Source: Methanobacteriota archaeon (GTDB lineage Archaea; Thermoplasmatota; Poseidoniia; Poseidoniales; Poseidoniaceae). Taken from it: a stretch of DNA of 64,000 nt. How positions within the stretch are numbered: the first letter of the stretch is position 1; every line of letters starts with the position of its first letter. A program made the translations under genes and the position numbers. The notes under the pieces were generated by a model, which ran no database searches, had not been told where the DNA came from, and was given only the letters and a program-made list of their open reading frames with translations. The stretch spans positions 8,438 to 72,437 of the forward strand of contig NZFU01000002.1 of assembly GCA_002689345.1 (NCBI GenBank), in the 5' to 3' direction. Below, piece after piece: positions 48,394-60,200 of the stretch.

Positions 48394-49895
48394 AATAGAG
48401 TTTTTTGGCCTGCATCTACTTCTGCTTCTTCTTCAACAATCTCTTCGGGAACGGTTTTCTCACTAACAATTACCTCTTTGATAATTGGTAGGATTTGCTT
48501 TTCCAATTCCTTTGAATATCGCTCCATCAATTGCTTTGTTGTTCTATGAGACATCTTCAGTCCACATATCGCAGCATGCTCCTCAGGCGATAACCCAAGA
48601 GCCAAAGAGATGGAAAAGTCTTCACTATTTTCTGATTGGACAGCGACAAGTGAAGGGAGTAATTCTTCTCTAACTGCTTTTTTAGAGCAACCACAAGTAT
48701 CGGCCAATCTATCGACAACTGATCGTTTAATCCATGCAGAATCCCTACGTAAGAAACCAGGGTATGAGCAAAATATTCTCCCTTCGATGGGTTTTGAAGT
48801 AGTTACACTTGAAGATAAACCTGCCAAATTCGAAGACCAATACCATGAGCGGTGAGCGGTGTTTCTAAATCTTGTAGTGAGTAAATTATCAGCGACTGAG
48901 AGGGCGGTTGAGCCTCTGCGAACCGCATTTTTATCGGTGAAAACAACACCATTATTCCAAGATACCCAAGCCACTAAATCGTCTGGACTTTTATCTAGAG
49001 AGCGTGTTGCTTTCATGGCATCAAAGGCGGTACGTGACCTGTATAACAGATCGAGCCCAGGGAATATTTCTACTGTTGTATCACGAACTCCAGTCTCGAT
49101 ATTTTCTTTGACCATTTCCTTTGTCAGATTTGAATCTATTAATGAGCACATGACTTGTAGATCTCTTACTAAAGCCCGCAAGTCTCCCGGATTGTTGTTA
49201 ACTAATTCATCAATCGCTCCAGGATCAGCGGTGAAACCTTCTTCCTTGATTACCCGTAAAGCAATTCGTCTTAGAGCTTCATTAGATGCCCTGTCAAAAC
49301 GAATAGTGATTACATGTCGACTAAACCGGTCTCGTGCGGTACGCCAAGTAGATGATGAGCGACCCCATAATCCCATTTCATCATTACATGCCAATATTAC
49401 TGGTTGACGAGTCTGCGAAAGTAAGTTTAGTAATTCGGCCTTACCACCACTATCTCCTTTGAGAACTCTTGAACTATCCTTATCTTCTCCTGAAACTGAC
49501 GAAGATATTCTTTCATCAGAAACTGCTCTTAATCCACCAGATAAATGGTCCACTTCATCTAGCAAAATTAGAGTCCTATCTGGTTTTGAGCCAGGAGTCA
49601 TGAACAAAGAACCATGAGTCGAAGCATGTGTTGCTGCTTTTCTTATCGCTCCTGCATTCCTAGCATCACTGGCATTCAATTCGATTACTTGCCAGCCCAT
49701 ATCGGCAGCTACAGCTCGTGCAATCGTTGTTTTACCTACACCTGGAGGGCCGATCAGTAAGAGGCCAGGTTTGTCGGGTTTGCCTTGCTGCCATTGGTCA
49801 AGCCAAACGCGTATCTTTTTCCTTTGAGCCTCATTTCCTTCCAATTGTCTTTCGCTCAAAGGGCGGTGACGCTCAGTCCAATCACTCGCCACCAT
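48390..49895 (-). CDS. rfcL: Replication factor C large subunit
   Basis: WTERHRP, GPPGVGKTT, IELNASDAR, LLDEVD, GDLRA, C-terminal PIP box QKTLF. Confidence 0.93.
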   Translation of the reverse strand: MVASDWTERHRPLSERQLEGNEAQRKKIRVWLDQWQQGKPDKPGLLLIGPPGVGKTTIARAVAADMGWQVIELNASDARNAGAIRKAATHASTHGSLFMTPGSKPDRTLILLDEVDHLSGGLRAVSDERISSSVSGEDKDSSRVLKGDSGGKAELLNLLSQTRQPVILACNDEMGLWGRSSSTWRTARDRFSRHVITIRFDRASNEALRRIALRVIKEEGFTADPGAIDELVNNNPGDLRALVRDLQVMCSLIDSNLTKEMVKENIETGVRDTTVEIFPGLDLLYRSRTAFDAMKATRSLDKSPDDLVAWVSWNNGVVFTDKNAVRRGSTALSVADNLLTTRFRNTAHRSWYWSSNLAGLSSSVTTSKPIEGRIFCSYPGFLRRDSAWIKRSVVDRLADTCGCSKKAVREELLPSLVAVQSENSEDFSISLALGLSPEEHAAICGLKMSHRTTKQLMERYSKELEKQILPIIKEVIVSEKTVPEEIVEEEAEVDAGQKTLF

Positions 49896-49936
49896 GAACC
49901 TTGATTTGCAAGGCCCCCTTTGAACATTGACATCGA

Positions 49937-51607
49937 TTAGAATGGCAAATCATCGATTGAAACTCTAACTTGTTCACCAGAATCTCTAGAACGAAGTGTA
50001 ACTGAATTATCGGTTAATGAATCATGATCGATTGTTATACACCAAGGAACTCCAATTTCATCAGCCCTAGCATATCTACGGCCGATTGAGCCACTGGCAT
50101 CATATACCGAAAATACATCTTTTCTACCACATAAATCACGATGAATTGTCTGGGCTAATTCACCCATTCCATCCTTCTCATACAATGGTAATACAGTCAC
50201 ATCAACCGGAGCAATAGCCTCTGGTAGTGTCAAAAGAGTGTAATCTTCGCCAGATTTTTCAGTCTCTGTGTAACTATGGTCTAATAGATGCCAGATTATT
50301 CGATCAATACCAAATGCTGGTTCGACAACATGTGGAATGAACCATTCGCCATTTACATTTTCAGTTCTCTGAACTCGCTTGACATGTTCGGCGAGAATCT
50401 CAACATCTATTCCATCGATTGCTATAGTTTTGGGGAATGATGTATCTGATGACATTTCTTCAACAGCAGATTTGACCTGCCCGGCTAATGCTCTAAATGC
50501 AGGTCCTGCCTTAGCGCCATCTATGGTCCAGCCATCAATCTCAACGACTTTAGGTTCATCAAAGGTTCTCCATGCTCGCAACCTTTGACCAGTAGCGTCC
50601 TCATGCGCTGCTAAATCATAGCAGCCACGATGAGCAATACCTACACATTCAACCCATCCATATGAGCCAAATATTTCTGCATCCCAGCAATCTTCAGCAT
50701 AGTGAGCCATTTCATCAGATTCATGTTGTCTAAACCTCAAGTGATTTGGGTTAATACCTACATTAGTCAAGAAATCCATAGTCCATCCCATGAAGAAACC
50801 AACTGTAGGGTGGCGGATTATTCCTTGCTGTACTGCATTTCCAATAGTCATACTAATTTCACCAGACCCATCAGCAAGCAAAGTTACTTCATTATTCCAA
50901 AGTGAAAAGTCATGATTAGGTTGAACTTCAGGATCAATAAAATATTCCAATTCAGCCATGTTGAATTCTCTTAGTCGAATCATTCCCTGACGAGGACTTA
51001 TTTCGTTACGGTAACCTTTGCCAGTCTGAACTGCACCGAATGGAAGACGTTCTCTAAAATGACGATATATCGAAGTGAAGGATGTGAACATACCCTGTGC
51101 GGTCTCAGGTCTCAAGAAACCCTGCCTACCTGAAGTACCTGCACCTATTTTTGTATTGAACATCAAATTTTGGGCTTCGATTTGTCCCCAAGAACAGTCA
51201 CCACAATTAGGACATTCTGGGTTATGCTTAGCGATTAATTTGCTAAGTTCATCTTTACTAAGGGCATCAGCATTAGGATATTCATCTTCGATTAGGTGGT
51301 CTGCACGGCTTGCTTCGCCACATTTTTGACATTCGGTCAAATAATCACTGAATTCACCAACATGGCCACTAGCTTCCAATACAGCATATGGAGTTACAGT
51401 TGGACAAGAAATCTCTACGATATTACCTAGACTTTGCCAATGATTAATCCAATTCTGATTAACACGGTTGCGTAATCTCCCTCCAACTGGGCCAAAATCA
51501 TACAAGCCAGCTGCGCCTCCATGAATTTCAAATGCAGGTAGTATTACTCCACGACGCTTTAGCATACCTGTAAGTCTGCCAAGACGCTCGTTAGAGAACT
51601 CCTCCAT
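49937..51607 (-). CDS. glyS: Glycyl-tRNA synthetase (alpha2 type)
   Basis: YDFGPVG, LRPETAQG, RNEISPRQG, REFNMAE, EPAFGIDR, SIGRRYARADEIG. Confidence 0.97.
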   Translation of the reverse strand: MEEFSNERLGRLTGMLKRRGVILPAFEIHGGAAGLYDFGPVGGRLRNRVNQNWINHWQSLGNIVEISCPTVTPYAVLEASGHVGEFSDYLTECQKCGEASRADHLIEDEYPNADALSKDELSKLIAKHNPECPNCGDCSWGQIEAQNLMFNTKIGAGTSGRQGFLRPETAQGMFTSFTSIYRHFRERLPFGAVQTGKGYRNEISPRQGMIRLREFNMAELEYFIDPEVQPNHDFSLWNNEVTLLADGSGEISMTIGNAVQQGIIRHPTVGFFMGWTMDFLTNVGINPNHLRFRQHESDEMAHYAEDCWDAEIFGSYGWVECVGIAHRGCYDLAAHEDATGQRLRAWRTFDEPKVVEIDGWTIDGAKAGPAFRALAGQVKSAVEEMSSDTSFPKTIAIDGIDVEILAEHVKRVQRTENVNGEWFIPHVVEPAFGIDRIIWHLLDHSYTETEKSGEDYTLLTLPEAIAPVDVTVLPLYEKDGMGELAQTIHRDLCGRKDVFSVYDASGSIGRRYARADEIGVPWCITIDHDSLTDNSVTLRSRDSGEQVRVSIDDLPF

Positions 51608-51840
51608 GCACCTGCGTGACTAAAGGGGTACATGAGCCCACCTCCCAGAAAAGGTAAGATTTGGTGATTAGCACTGTTTGTAGTGGATTCGGAATACCAA
51701 TATTCTAATTCTTAGCAAAATGGCACTCTATCGCATGGTTTTACCATATTATAATCACATCAATTGAATATTGAAATATACAAAACATTCATCATCTCCG
51801 TACGCACGCTGTGCAAACACGCAAAGCGTAAGTGAGAAAA

Positions 51841-54800
51841 ATGGCAAATATCTCTTACTTAGAAAATCCTCTCGAATCAGAGGTTTTGTATGAGACATTA
51901 TGTCAACCAGTAAGGAATTGGTTTAAAGATAAATTCCCTGATTTTACCAAACCTCAGAAATTAGCAATTCCTTCGATTATGGATGGAGACCATCTATTAC
52001 TTTGTTCACCAACCGGTTCTGGAAAGACACTAACGGCATTCCTAACTATTATCGATAAATTGGTCAGACATGCCTTAGATGGAACTTTAGAACAACGTGT
52101 CTACTGTCTTTACATATCTCCAATAAAAGCTCTAGCAAATGATATTCAAAAGAACTTGATTGGACCGCTTGGGGAAATAGAGGAGAAATATCTACCAGAT
52201 AGGGCTCAAGGGAAAATTCGAGTAGGTCTTAGGACTGGTGATACCCCTCAATCTGAAAGGCAAAAGATGCTGCGTAAGCCACCTCATATTCTGATTACAA
52301 CACCAGAGAGTATGGCTATTGCTATCTCATCACCTCGATTCCAACCTATTGTATCCAATGTTGAATGGATAATTATTGATGAGATGCACTCATTGGTTCC
52401 AACAAAGCGAGGAGTACATTTAGCACTTACAATTTCACTTCTAGATACGATTCTAGAGAGACCAGTTCAACGAATTGGTATATCTGCTACGATGGAACCA
52501 TTGGAAACTGTAGCAGAATATCTAGTAGCAAGTGATGACCGCGAAAGTCGTAATGCAAGTCAGGATGTAAAGATTGCAAAGATTAGTGGAGCTAGAGAAT
52601 TAGATTTAGACATCCTATTGTGCTCTCCAAAATTCAGTGACCTTTCGGTGATGAAAGTTCTAGAGATGAATGTAGAAATGATCGCTGATCTAATCAGTGC
52701 ACATAACACAACTCTAGTATTCGCAAATACAAGAAAAATGACTGAAACTTTGGTACAAAAGTTACGTCCTTACTTAGGCGAATTAATCGCAGGTCACCAC
52801 GGTTCTATGGACAAGAGAATCCGTCTTGATGTCGAGAGGAAATTAAAACTGGGCCATTTGAGGGCAGTTGTCACTTCATCTTCCTTGGAAATGGGTATTG
52901 ATATCGGTTCTGTCGACATGGTAATCCAAATCGGCTCGCCAGGAGACATTGCTACAGCATTGCAAAGAATAGGTAGAGCAGGACACCACGTAGGCGGAAT
53001 TCCTCGTGCTAGGTTCTTGCCAACGAGTGTAGATGATCTAATCGAATTAGCTGCATTACAAGCAGCAATTCAAACTGGTGAAATGGATAAATTAGATTTT
53101 CCACAAAATAGTTTAGATGTTTTAGCACAGTTCTTGATAGGTCTCGTAATTATCAATGAACGAGATATTGATGAAGCCTATGAAGTAGTTACTAGCACTT
53201 GGTCATATCGAAATTTGAGATATGATGATTTTATTGAAGTTCTAGATATGCTTGAAGAAGAACGTCGTGTTTGGATTGATTGGGAAGAAAACCTCTATGG
53301 AAAGCGCGGATATTCAAGAATGATTTACTACACAAATATTGGTACTATCGCTCCTGATAATTCATACCTAGTATTCAATGCCGAAGGAAGTATCTTGGGG
53401 CAATTATCATCTTCATTCGTTGCAAACCTAAGAGGCGGAGATGTCATTCTTCTTGGAGGCTCCACTTACAGAGTAACCAATATTCAAGGAACAAGAGTAA
53501 ATGTTGCCTCAGTTACAGGATACAGGCCAACAGTCCCTTCATGGAGTGGTGAAGCTAGAAGCCGTTCAAGGGAGTTATCTGGGGCGTTGTTAGACCTCAT
53601 AGGACATTGTGTTAACACTCTAAGACGTCAAAACGACCCTCGTGTAATTCTAAGAGATGCTTATGGATTGAGCGAAGGTGTATCTAATACAATAGCTAGG
53701 CATTTAGAAGAGCATACTCTCGATTCATTCCAGGTACCCGATCCAAATCGACTAATTGTTGAACAAATCGTTTCTGGTGGAATGCCAACATACCTGATAA
53801 CATCTTGTCGAGGAAGAGGATTCAATACTGCATTAGGATACTTTATGGCAGGATTGGCAGAAAAAGATGGTATCGCTGTGCTAGAGTTGTCATTTGATGA
53901 AAATGGATTACTTATCAAAACTAGTCAAGAAGTAGACCCAGGAAAAATGTATGAGTCATTCCAATCCAATGACCATCTAGAGGTCATTGAAAGATATATT
54001 GTAAATACACAAATATTTGCTAAGAGATTCAGAGAAGTTGCAGGCCGCTCACTAATTATTCCTAAGAGAATCGGGGCTGAAGAAGTGAGCCCTCAGCAAT
54101 TCCAGCAACGCGCAGATTCATTGTTGCAGAGACATCGTTCGATTGAAGATTCATTATTGATTAAAGAAGCGAAGGCTGAAATTATGTTCGGTGATATCGA
54201 CATAAAATCACTAAATGACTTCTTAGAATCCAGTAAAGACTCTGAAGCAAGAATCGTTCACACAAAGGTTCCTGTTCCTTCAAGGCTCGGAATGAGCCTT
54301 TACATGAGTACTTTCGAAGATCTACTGTCAATGAAGACAAGAGCGTTCCTTGTCAAAGACATAGACCCTGAAATTTTACGCCGATTGTTGGGTAATAGGA
54401 GTCTTGCAACTGAATTAACCGATGAGCAATTAGCAGATTACTATTCCAATAAGGTCCCTAATCCAACCAATGCTTCACAACTTCTGCACCTAATGAGTAA
54501 AGGTGGAGGTTTAGATCGTAATTGGGAAAACCCTCTGTATGCTGCTAAACTAGCAGGTATCGAACACAGCCTTATCGAAAAATGGGTTGCTGATTTAGCA
54601 CAACAAGGTGAAATTACAAAATTGCGTTCAACTGGAATGAAAGAACTTGATGACAAATGGTTTACTTCATACATGGCTGAAATCCATGGCTCTCTAGGAT
54701 GTATTGCTGAAGCTGGTGGCAAGGACATGGAAGATATTCGTGACCTTTACACCAAGGGCATTACATATGAGGTAGCAACTGATTTTAATGGATTAAAGCC

Positions 54801-57126
54801 TACTAAATGGGTTGAAAAAACCATTTCAGATCCCCATGAAGCATTACGTGTGAAAATTATCGAAATGCTGGGCAGTGAAGGTCCTGCTAAGGGCGACCAA
54901 ATTTCTGGAAGACTGCCTTTCCCACAGGGACAAATCGATTCAATTTTGCATGAATTAGAGATGCGAAATGTAATTTCAGTCGGATTCTTTACTCAAACAG
55001 AAGATGCCGAATACATCCTCAAAGTCGATGAGCATAGAATTACTGGCGGAGAGGAAGATGTTGTCGAATATCGATGGGTTCAGAACCTAGTTATGAGTAA
55101 ATCATTCGAGACATACCCCGATGGATTTACTGCATTCGATCAACATATTCTATTCCAAAAACAGCAAGAAATGCTGTATAGAGTAGATGGATTCAGATAT
55201 GCTGATTGGAAAGATGTTCAACTTGACTCAGATGTTGTCATGGGTAGGCTATTGCATAACAGAATAGGTTATACCACTCGTAAAAATATTCCAATGCTAC
55301 TGGGTTTGAAGCCAGAACCTTGGCTGGGCGAAATGGAAAAATTGATTCTTGAAAAGGTACCGAAGGGTGAAAATCTAACTCGTCAAGAAATTTTGGCTGA
55401 TTTCCCTAAGGGCGAGGAACACAAATCTCTTCAAAGGGATTTGAAGAATGCAATTAGCAATCTAGAAAGACAGTTATGTTTGGTCAAACAATTCGAGGAT
55501 GTTGTTGGACGCAGACGAAGACTGTCGCTATTCCACCGTGTTCATGATGTCTATGAATCAATGGATTTCGAAGATGCATTGGTTGAAGTAATCAAGCGAA
55601 TGGGGCCTGTTAAGGCGTTCACTCTACGTTATTATGTATCCAGAAGTGTTGAGGAATTGGCATTAGCACTACGAAATTTAGAGAACGATGGACGAATTGC
55701 TAGAGTTATGGCATTAGTGCCAGAACCTGAAGCATTTTACGTACTTCCAGATGAAGTATCTAGTCTTAGTTCACCTAATAGAGAAGATAGAACGTTACGT
55801 ATTCTTACTCAATCCGACCCATATGTTTCGAGATTCATTTGGGAAGTTCGCTCAGTGCTTGATAGAGGATGGTATCTACCGGTATTCAAAGGGGTTGACC
55901 CTATTGGAAAGGTGTTGATGTTCAAGATTAATGATTATCTTGAGATTAAGGACATGCATATTCCTTATGCCTATCTTGATGAATTCTGTACAGCTTTTGA
56001 GAAATTACTAGACAATCATTCTGACCAGTTGGTAGATGTTGCTGTACTATCCCAATTCAATGGAATACCTGTTACTGAATTAGAAGATGACTTTAGAAAT
56101 GCTCTGGAAGGAATAGGATTCAAGTTAGCGGGGGAGAGAATGATTCGTGGAGGAATCGTCGATCCGCAACCAAGAGAAATTGCTGAAAGAGCATTATTCC
56201 ACCGACATCATTTACATCAAAACTCGCGATTAGAAAACGAAATTGAAGCACTGGAAAGTGTTCAAGAAGTTAGAGATGATTTCGGGCTACGTGGACGTGC
56301 TGAAGTCTATCGGGTTAGCCTGAAAAACATGGCTAGTGCCCATCAGTTGCACCAAGGAATCAATTTACGAGGACACCAAGTATGGGCATCGTATGACCAC
56401 TTTTCGACTTTACTTGCTATACGAGGACAAGAACCTGTTGAAGAATTACTAGATGTGCTTGAATTCTTCGAAACTCATAGTGACCCTAATCTATTCATGG
56501 AAAGACATGCAATGAAGCGTGCTGCTTTCAGAAAATTGATTCAGCCATTATTGCGAAGTGGCCATATGGTTCAGGATTACCGTGGAGGTTTCCGTTCTGT
56601 AGCACCTCGGCAAGGATTAGACCCGGTTATTTTGCGAAGAGAATATCTGAGAAGGTTAGTTTCAGATTACCCTGTAATAACTCTCAAACAATTCACTCGT
56701 CTAGCAGGAACACCATTTAAGCCTGAAGAATTGAAGGCGATATTAACTGAATTTGAAGAAGATTCAACACTGATTAAGGGATTCTTGATTCAGGATTTGC
56801 ATGAGGTTTGTTGGGGTAGAAAAGATCTGCTCAATGAAGCCAAAGATGTGCCACCAATCCGTGATTTCGTAATTCCGCCATCTGACCCGATTGCGCCATA
56901 CTTTGCTGATGTGTTGAAACAAAAGTTCGGATTTGGTAGTGCTTACCTAGTATTCAGGAATGCAGAACCTGTAGCCGCTTTCAAAGCTAATACTCGAGAT
57001 AAGGTGATAGATGTCACTGATTATGAAGGTTCGGAAAAGGGTTGGAGAATCGTTAAAGAATTCGCATGGGAACATCAAATGCCACTCAAGACCGAATTGA
57101 GAATTGGTGGCAAGAGAAGAAAGTGA
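51841..57126 (+). CDS. lhr: Lhr-family SF2 helicase with long C-terminal extension
   Basis: SPTGSGKT, YISPIKAL, RTGDT, TTPES, DEMH, SAT, HHGS, TSSLEMGID, QRIGRAGH, PSWSGE. Confidence 0.92.
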   Translation: MANISYLENPLESEVLYETLCQPVRNWFKDKFPDFTKPQKLAIPSIMDGDHLLLCSPTGSGKTLTAFLTIIDKLVRHALDGTLEQRVYCLYISPIKALANDIQKNLIGPLGEIEEKYLPDRAQGKIRVGLRTGDTPQSERQKMLRKPPHILITTPESMAIAISSPRFQPIVSNVEWIIIDEMHSLVPTKRGVHLALTISLLDTILERPVQRIGISATMEPLETVAEYLVASDDRESRNASQDVKIAKISGARELDLDILLCSPKFSDLSVMKVLEMNVEMIADLISAHNTTLVFANTRKMTETLVQKLRPYLGELIAGHHGSMDKRIRLDVERKLKLGHLRAVVTSSSLEMGIDIGSVDMVIQIGSPGDIATALQRIGRAGHHVGGIPRARFLPTSVDDLIELAALQAAIQTGEMDKLDFPQNSLDVLAQFLIGLVIINERDIDEAYEVVTSTWSYRNLRYDDFIEVLDMLEEERRVWIDWEENLYGKRGYSRMIYYTNIGTIAPDNSYLVFNAEGSILGQLSSSFVANLRGGDVILLGGSTYRVTNIQGTRVNVASVTGYRPTVPSWSGEARSRSRELSGALLDLIGHCVNTLRRQNDPRVILRDAYGLSEGVSNTIARHLEEHTLDSFQVPDPNRLIVEQIVSGGMPTYLITSCRGRGFNTALGYFMAGLAEKDGIAVLELSFDENGLLIKTSQEVDPGKMYESFQSNDHLEVIERYIVNTQIFAKRFREVAGRSLIIPKRIGAEEVSPQQFQQRADSLLQRHRSIEDSLLIKEAKAEIMFGDIDIKSLNDFLESSKDSEARIVHTKVPVPSRLGMSLYMSTFEDLLSMKTRAFLVKDIDPEILRRLLGNRSLATELTDEQLADYYSNKVPNPTNASQLLHLMSKGGGLDRNWENPLYAAKLAGIEHSLIEKWVADLAQQGEITKLRSTGMKELDDKWFTSYMAEIHGSLGCIAEAGGKDMEDIRDLYTKGITYEVATDFNGLKPTKWVEKTISDPHEALRVKIIEMLGSEGPAKGDQISGRLPFPQGQIDSILHELEMRNVISVGFFTQTEDAEYILKVDEHRITGGEEDVVEYRWVQNLVMSKSFETYPDGFTAFDQHILFQKQQEMLYRVDGFRYADWKDVQLDSDVVMGRLLHNRIGYTTRKNIPMLLGLKPEPWLGEMEKLILEKVPKGENLTRQEILADFPKGEEHKSLQRDLKNAISNLERQLCLVKQFEDVVGRRRRLSLFHRVHDVYESMDFEDALVEVIKRMGPVKAFTLRYYVSRSVEELALALRNLENDGRIARVMALVPEPEAFYVLPDEVSSLSSPNREDRTLRILTQSDPYVSRFIWEVRSVLDRGWYLPVFKGVDPIGKVLMFKINDYLEIKDMHIPYAYLDEFCTAFEKLLDNHSDQLVDVAVLSQFNGIPVTELEDDFRNALEGIGFKLAGERMIRGGIVDPQPREIAERALFHRHHLHQNSRLENEIEALESVQEVRDDFGLRGRAEVYRVSLKNMASAHQLHQGINLRGHQVWASYDHFSTLLAIRGQEPVEELLDVLEFFETHSDPNLFMERHAMKRAAFRKLIQPLLRSGHMVQDYRGGFRSVAPRQGLDPVILRREYLRRLVSDYPVITLKQFTRLAGTPFKPEELKAILTEFEEDSTLIKGFLIQDLHEVCWGRKDLLNEAKDVPPIRDFVIPPSDPIAPYFADVLKQKFGFGSAYLVFRNAEPVAAFKANTRDKVIDVTDYEGSEKGWRIVKEFAWEHQMPLKTELRIGGKRRK

Positions 57127-57211
57127 CAAACTTTCTTACCAATATCATCTAATCACAATTTTCAGTCCAATAATCATGGACATGAGAAGTGTTAGATTAA
57201 ATAACAAGGAA

Positions 57212-60200
57212 ATGGGACGGACAATTGTGAACCGTAAGGCGTTTATCCTAATTGCTCTGATGATTTTAGTTTCAGCAAGTCCACTATTATCTTCAACATC
57301 TGCTAACGAAGTCGAAGATATTGTGATTCTTGATACTGCAGTCAATCCTGCCAATAACCACACCTACCATTTGTTATCAGCATCATCTTGGAGTGATGCT
57401 GCAACCGTTGCTCGTAGTCTTGATGGATTCTTGGTAACCATAGATGATGCTGAAGAAGACGAGTGGATTTTCGATACATTTGCCAGTGGAAATGACACCA
57501 CACGTCACCTATGGATCGGTCTTTCAGATTCACAAGAAGAGGGAGATTATCGCTGGCATGATGGAACTCCATTCATGTATCGAAATTGGGGTGAAGGGCA
57601 GCCTGGAAGTGGGGATGACGAAGATTATGTCCACATTACAGGAACCAATATGGGATCTATCGAGCCAGCGGATTGGAACGATTTAGAAGATGACCCACAA
57701 TACTTCCCTGTCTATGGGGTAGTTGAGATTGGTGAAGGTGCTGATTATGCCCTCAGGTTTGATGGCGATGACGACCACATAATCATCGATGAAGAAATGC
57801 CAGATTGGGATGGCCATATTGAGATTGAAGCATGGGTCAATGTTCCAGATACAGATGGAATACAATTTATCACAATGTTCGGAGATTATGGATGGGGTCT
57901 TTATCTGAATAATGGAGACTTAGCCTATTCAAATCAATATTCAATGTCACAGAATCCAGTTTCAAACCAATCCATTCAAGAAAATGTATGGACTCATGTT
58001 AAGGTAGTCGTAAATACCACAAACGGTGGTGAATTTTTCATTGACAACCAATCAGCAGGTTTGATTGATGTAAATGATTCACAAATTCCAAGTGGTGACT
58101 TCGGTTCAAATGACTGCTTCCAATCAGGAGATGATTGTGATGAGTTGTTTATTGGAAAGATGGGAGCAGGTTGTGACTGTAACTACTTCCGTGGAATGCT
58201 TGATGATGTTATTATTAGTAATTCGATGAATGAAAGTATGTGGATGTTCACTGAAGGTGAAGGTGCATCAACCGTTGATTCACAAAATCGTGAGGGGGAA
58301 ATAATTGGCGCATCATGGGTTATGCCCGATGGAACAATTATTGCCCAGGCTGTTGAAATAGAAAATGGTGAATTCTATGATGGAATCGATGCAAATGCTG
58401 GAGACACCTTGCTATTTTTCATGGAGATTCCTGAAAACACCCAATATCTGAGTCTCAGTATGTACACATGGGAATTTGATTTCGAAGCGGAAGAAACATC
58501 TGAAGAAATAGAAATTGAAATATATATTTCGAAAGATGAAATTCCTTCGGCTTGGGACCATGACTATGAAGTGATCACATATGATTGGGGATTGTATGTC
58601 TATGAATACTTTGAATGGCCTGATGAAGGGACATATTGGATGACAGTTTCTTCCAATTATGAAATTTCAAACCTAGAGATAAATGCATACTGGGAACTTG
58701 CACCTGAGCCGCCGGAACTCGATGATATGACTGAACTTAATGATGGCATTGCAGTTACTGGTCAAACCATCACAAGAAATAGTGACAAACCCCTCTACTA
58801 CTATGTAGATTTACAAGATGAGTTGGCAGAATTACGTGTCAACACATGGGGCGGACCTGGTGATTGTGAACTGCACATAGCCCTAGGAGCCCTACCGATG
58901 ACCGATGATTGGGGATGGGATGATTTTGAGTCACAAAGTTCGAGTTCAGACACTAGCGGTCGACAAATCGGTGGTGGGCAAGAAACCTCAGACCATTCAT
59001 ACAATCCGGGTAATGATGAAACTGTGCAAATTTTCGATGCCCAACCGGGTATTTACTACATCATGATGACATCTTATAGTGGATGCAGACAAGTATCAAT
59101 ACAAGCTGATTTCACATATAGTCCAGACAATGTTGACCCTGAATCTGCTATCGAATTAACCGCTGGAATTTCCTATGGTCCACTTAGTGGATTCGAGGGA
59201 TTAGACCAATATTTCTACATCGATGTACCAGTGGGAACTGAGCGCTTAGAAGTTGATTTGAATAATGGTGATGGAGAGGCTAAATTGATGATGAGGCTCG
59301 ACCAATATCCAACATGGACAACCTATGACAAGCACTCTAATGCACCAGGTGCTGGTGATAAAATTGGATTTAATGATCCAACTCCTGGACGATGGTACAT
59401 ATTATTGGGCAGTGAAGAATATTACAGTCGTATCGATATTACAGCATCCTTTGAAGACCGCTATGTATGGACATATGATGGTGAACCTATTCAGTTATTC
59501 AATGATGAAGAGATTGGAGGAATTAGTGCTCCAGAAGGAGAAGAATTGTACTTCTTCATAGATTTAGGTGATGATGTTGCTTCAGATTTATTCATTGAAA
59601 CATGGGGTGGCGAAGGCGACCTAGCACTATTTGCCGAAGTTGAGGAAATCGACTGGGAAGACATGAACGGTGGCGGGCCAGGAGGTCGACAATGGGGCGA
59701 AAATGGAGAATATGAATCCGATAATGGTGAGGCTAATGAAGAAATAAGTATATTCTTTGCAACAGGTCAAATAGACATCACAATGTATGCAAATACTGAC
59801 ATTGAGGATATATCGATTATCGCAGTATGGGAAATATTTGATGCACCGGGACCTGGGCCAGACCCAGACCCAGACCCAGAACCAAACCCAGACCTAGAAA
59901 TTATTCCGTGTGATGAATATGCTTTGGAATTGTTTGAAGAGATGGATAGAAACTCTGATGGCGATTTAGGTCCAGAAGAAATGGATGAAGATGAATTAGA
60001 AGAATTTGACACCAACAGGGATGGTGTTATTGACATCAATGAATTAACAATGAGTGCTTGTACATGTGAAAATGAAATATGGATGACATTCATGCAAGTA
60101 GATTCTGATGAGTTGAGCATTGAATTCATGTCAAGTGTGGCTTGGAAGAATGAACATGATTTCTTTGCAATCGATAGAAATAATGACAATTATATTGACT

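Noticed and set aside
51608-51840. AT-rich intergenic region as replication origin or ncRNA (also 61582..61852)
   Set aside because: No ORB-like repeats, no cdc6/orc1 neighbour, no tRNA or obvious stable structure recognised
51841-57126. Intein as the cause of Lhr length
   Set aside because: Helicase motifs are normally spaced; no intein termini or LAGLIDADG motif seen; the extra length is C-terminal
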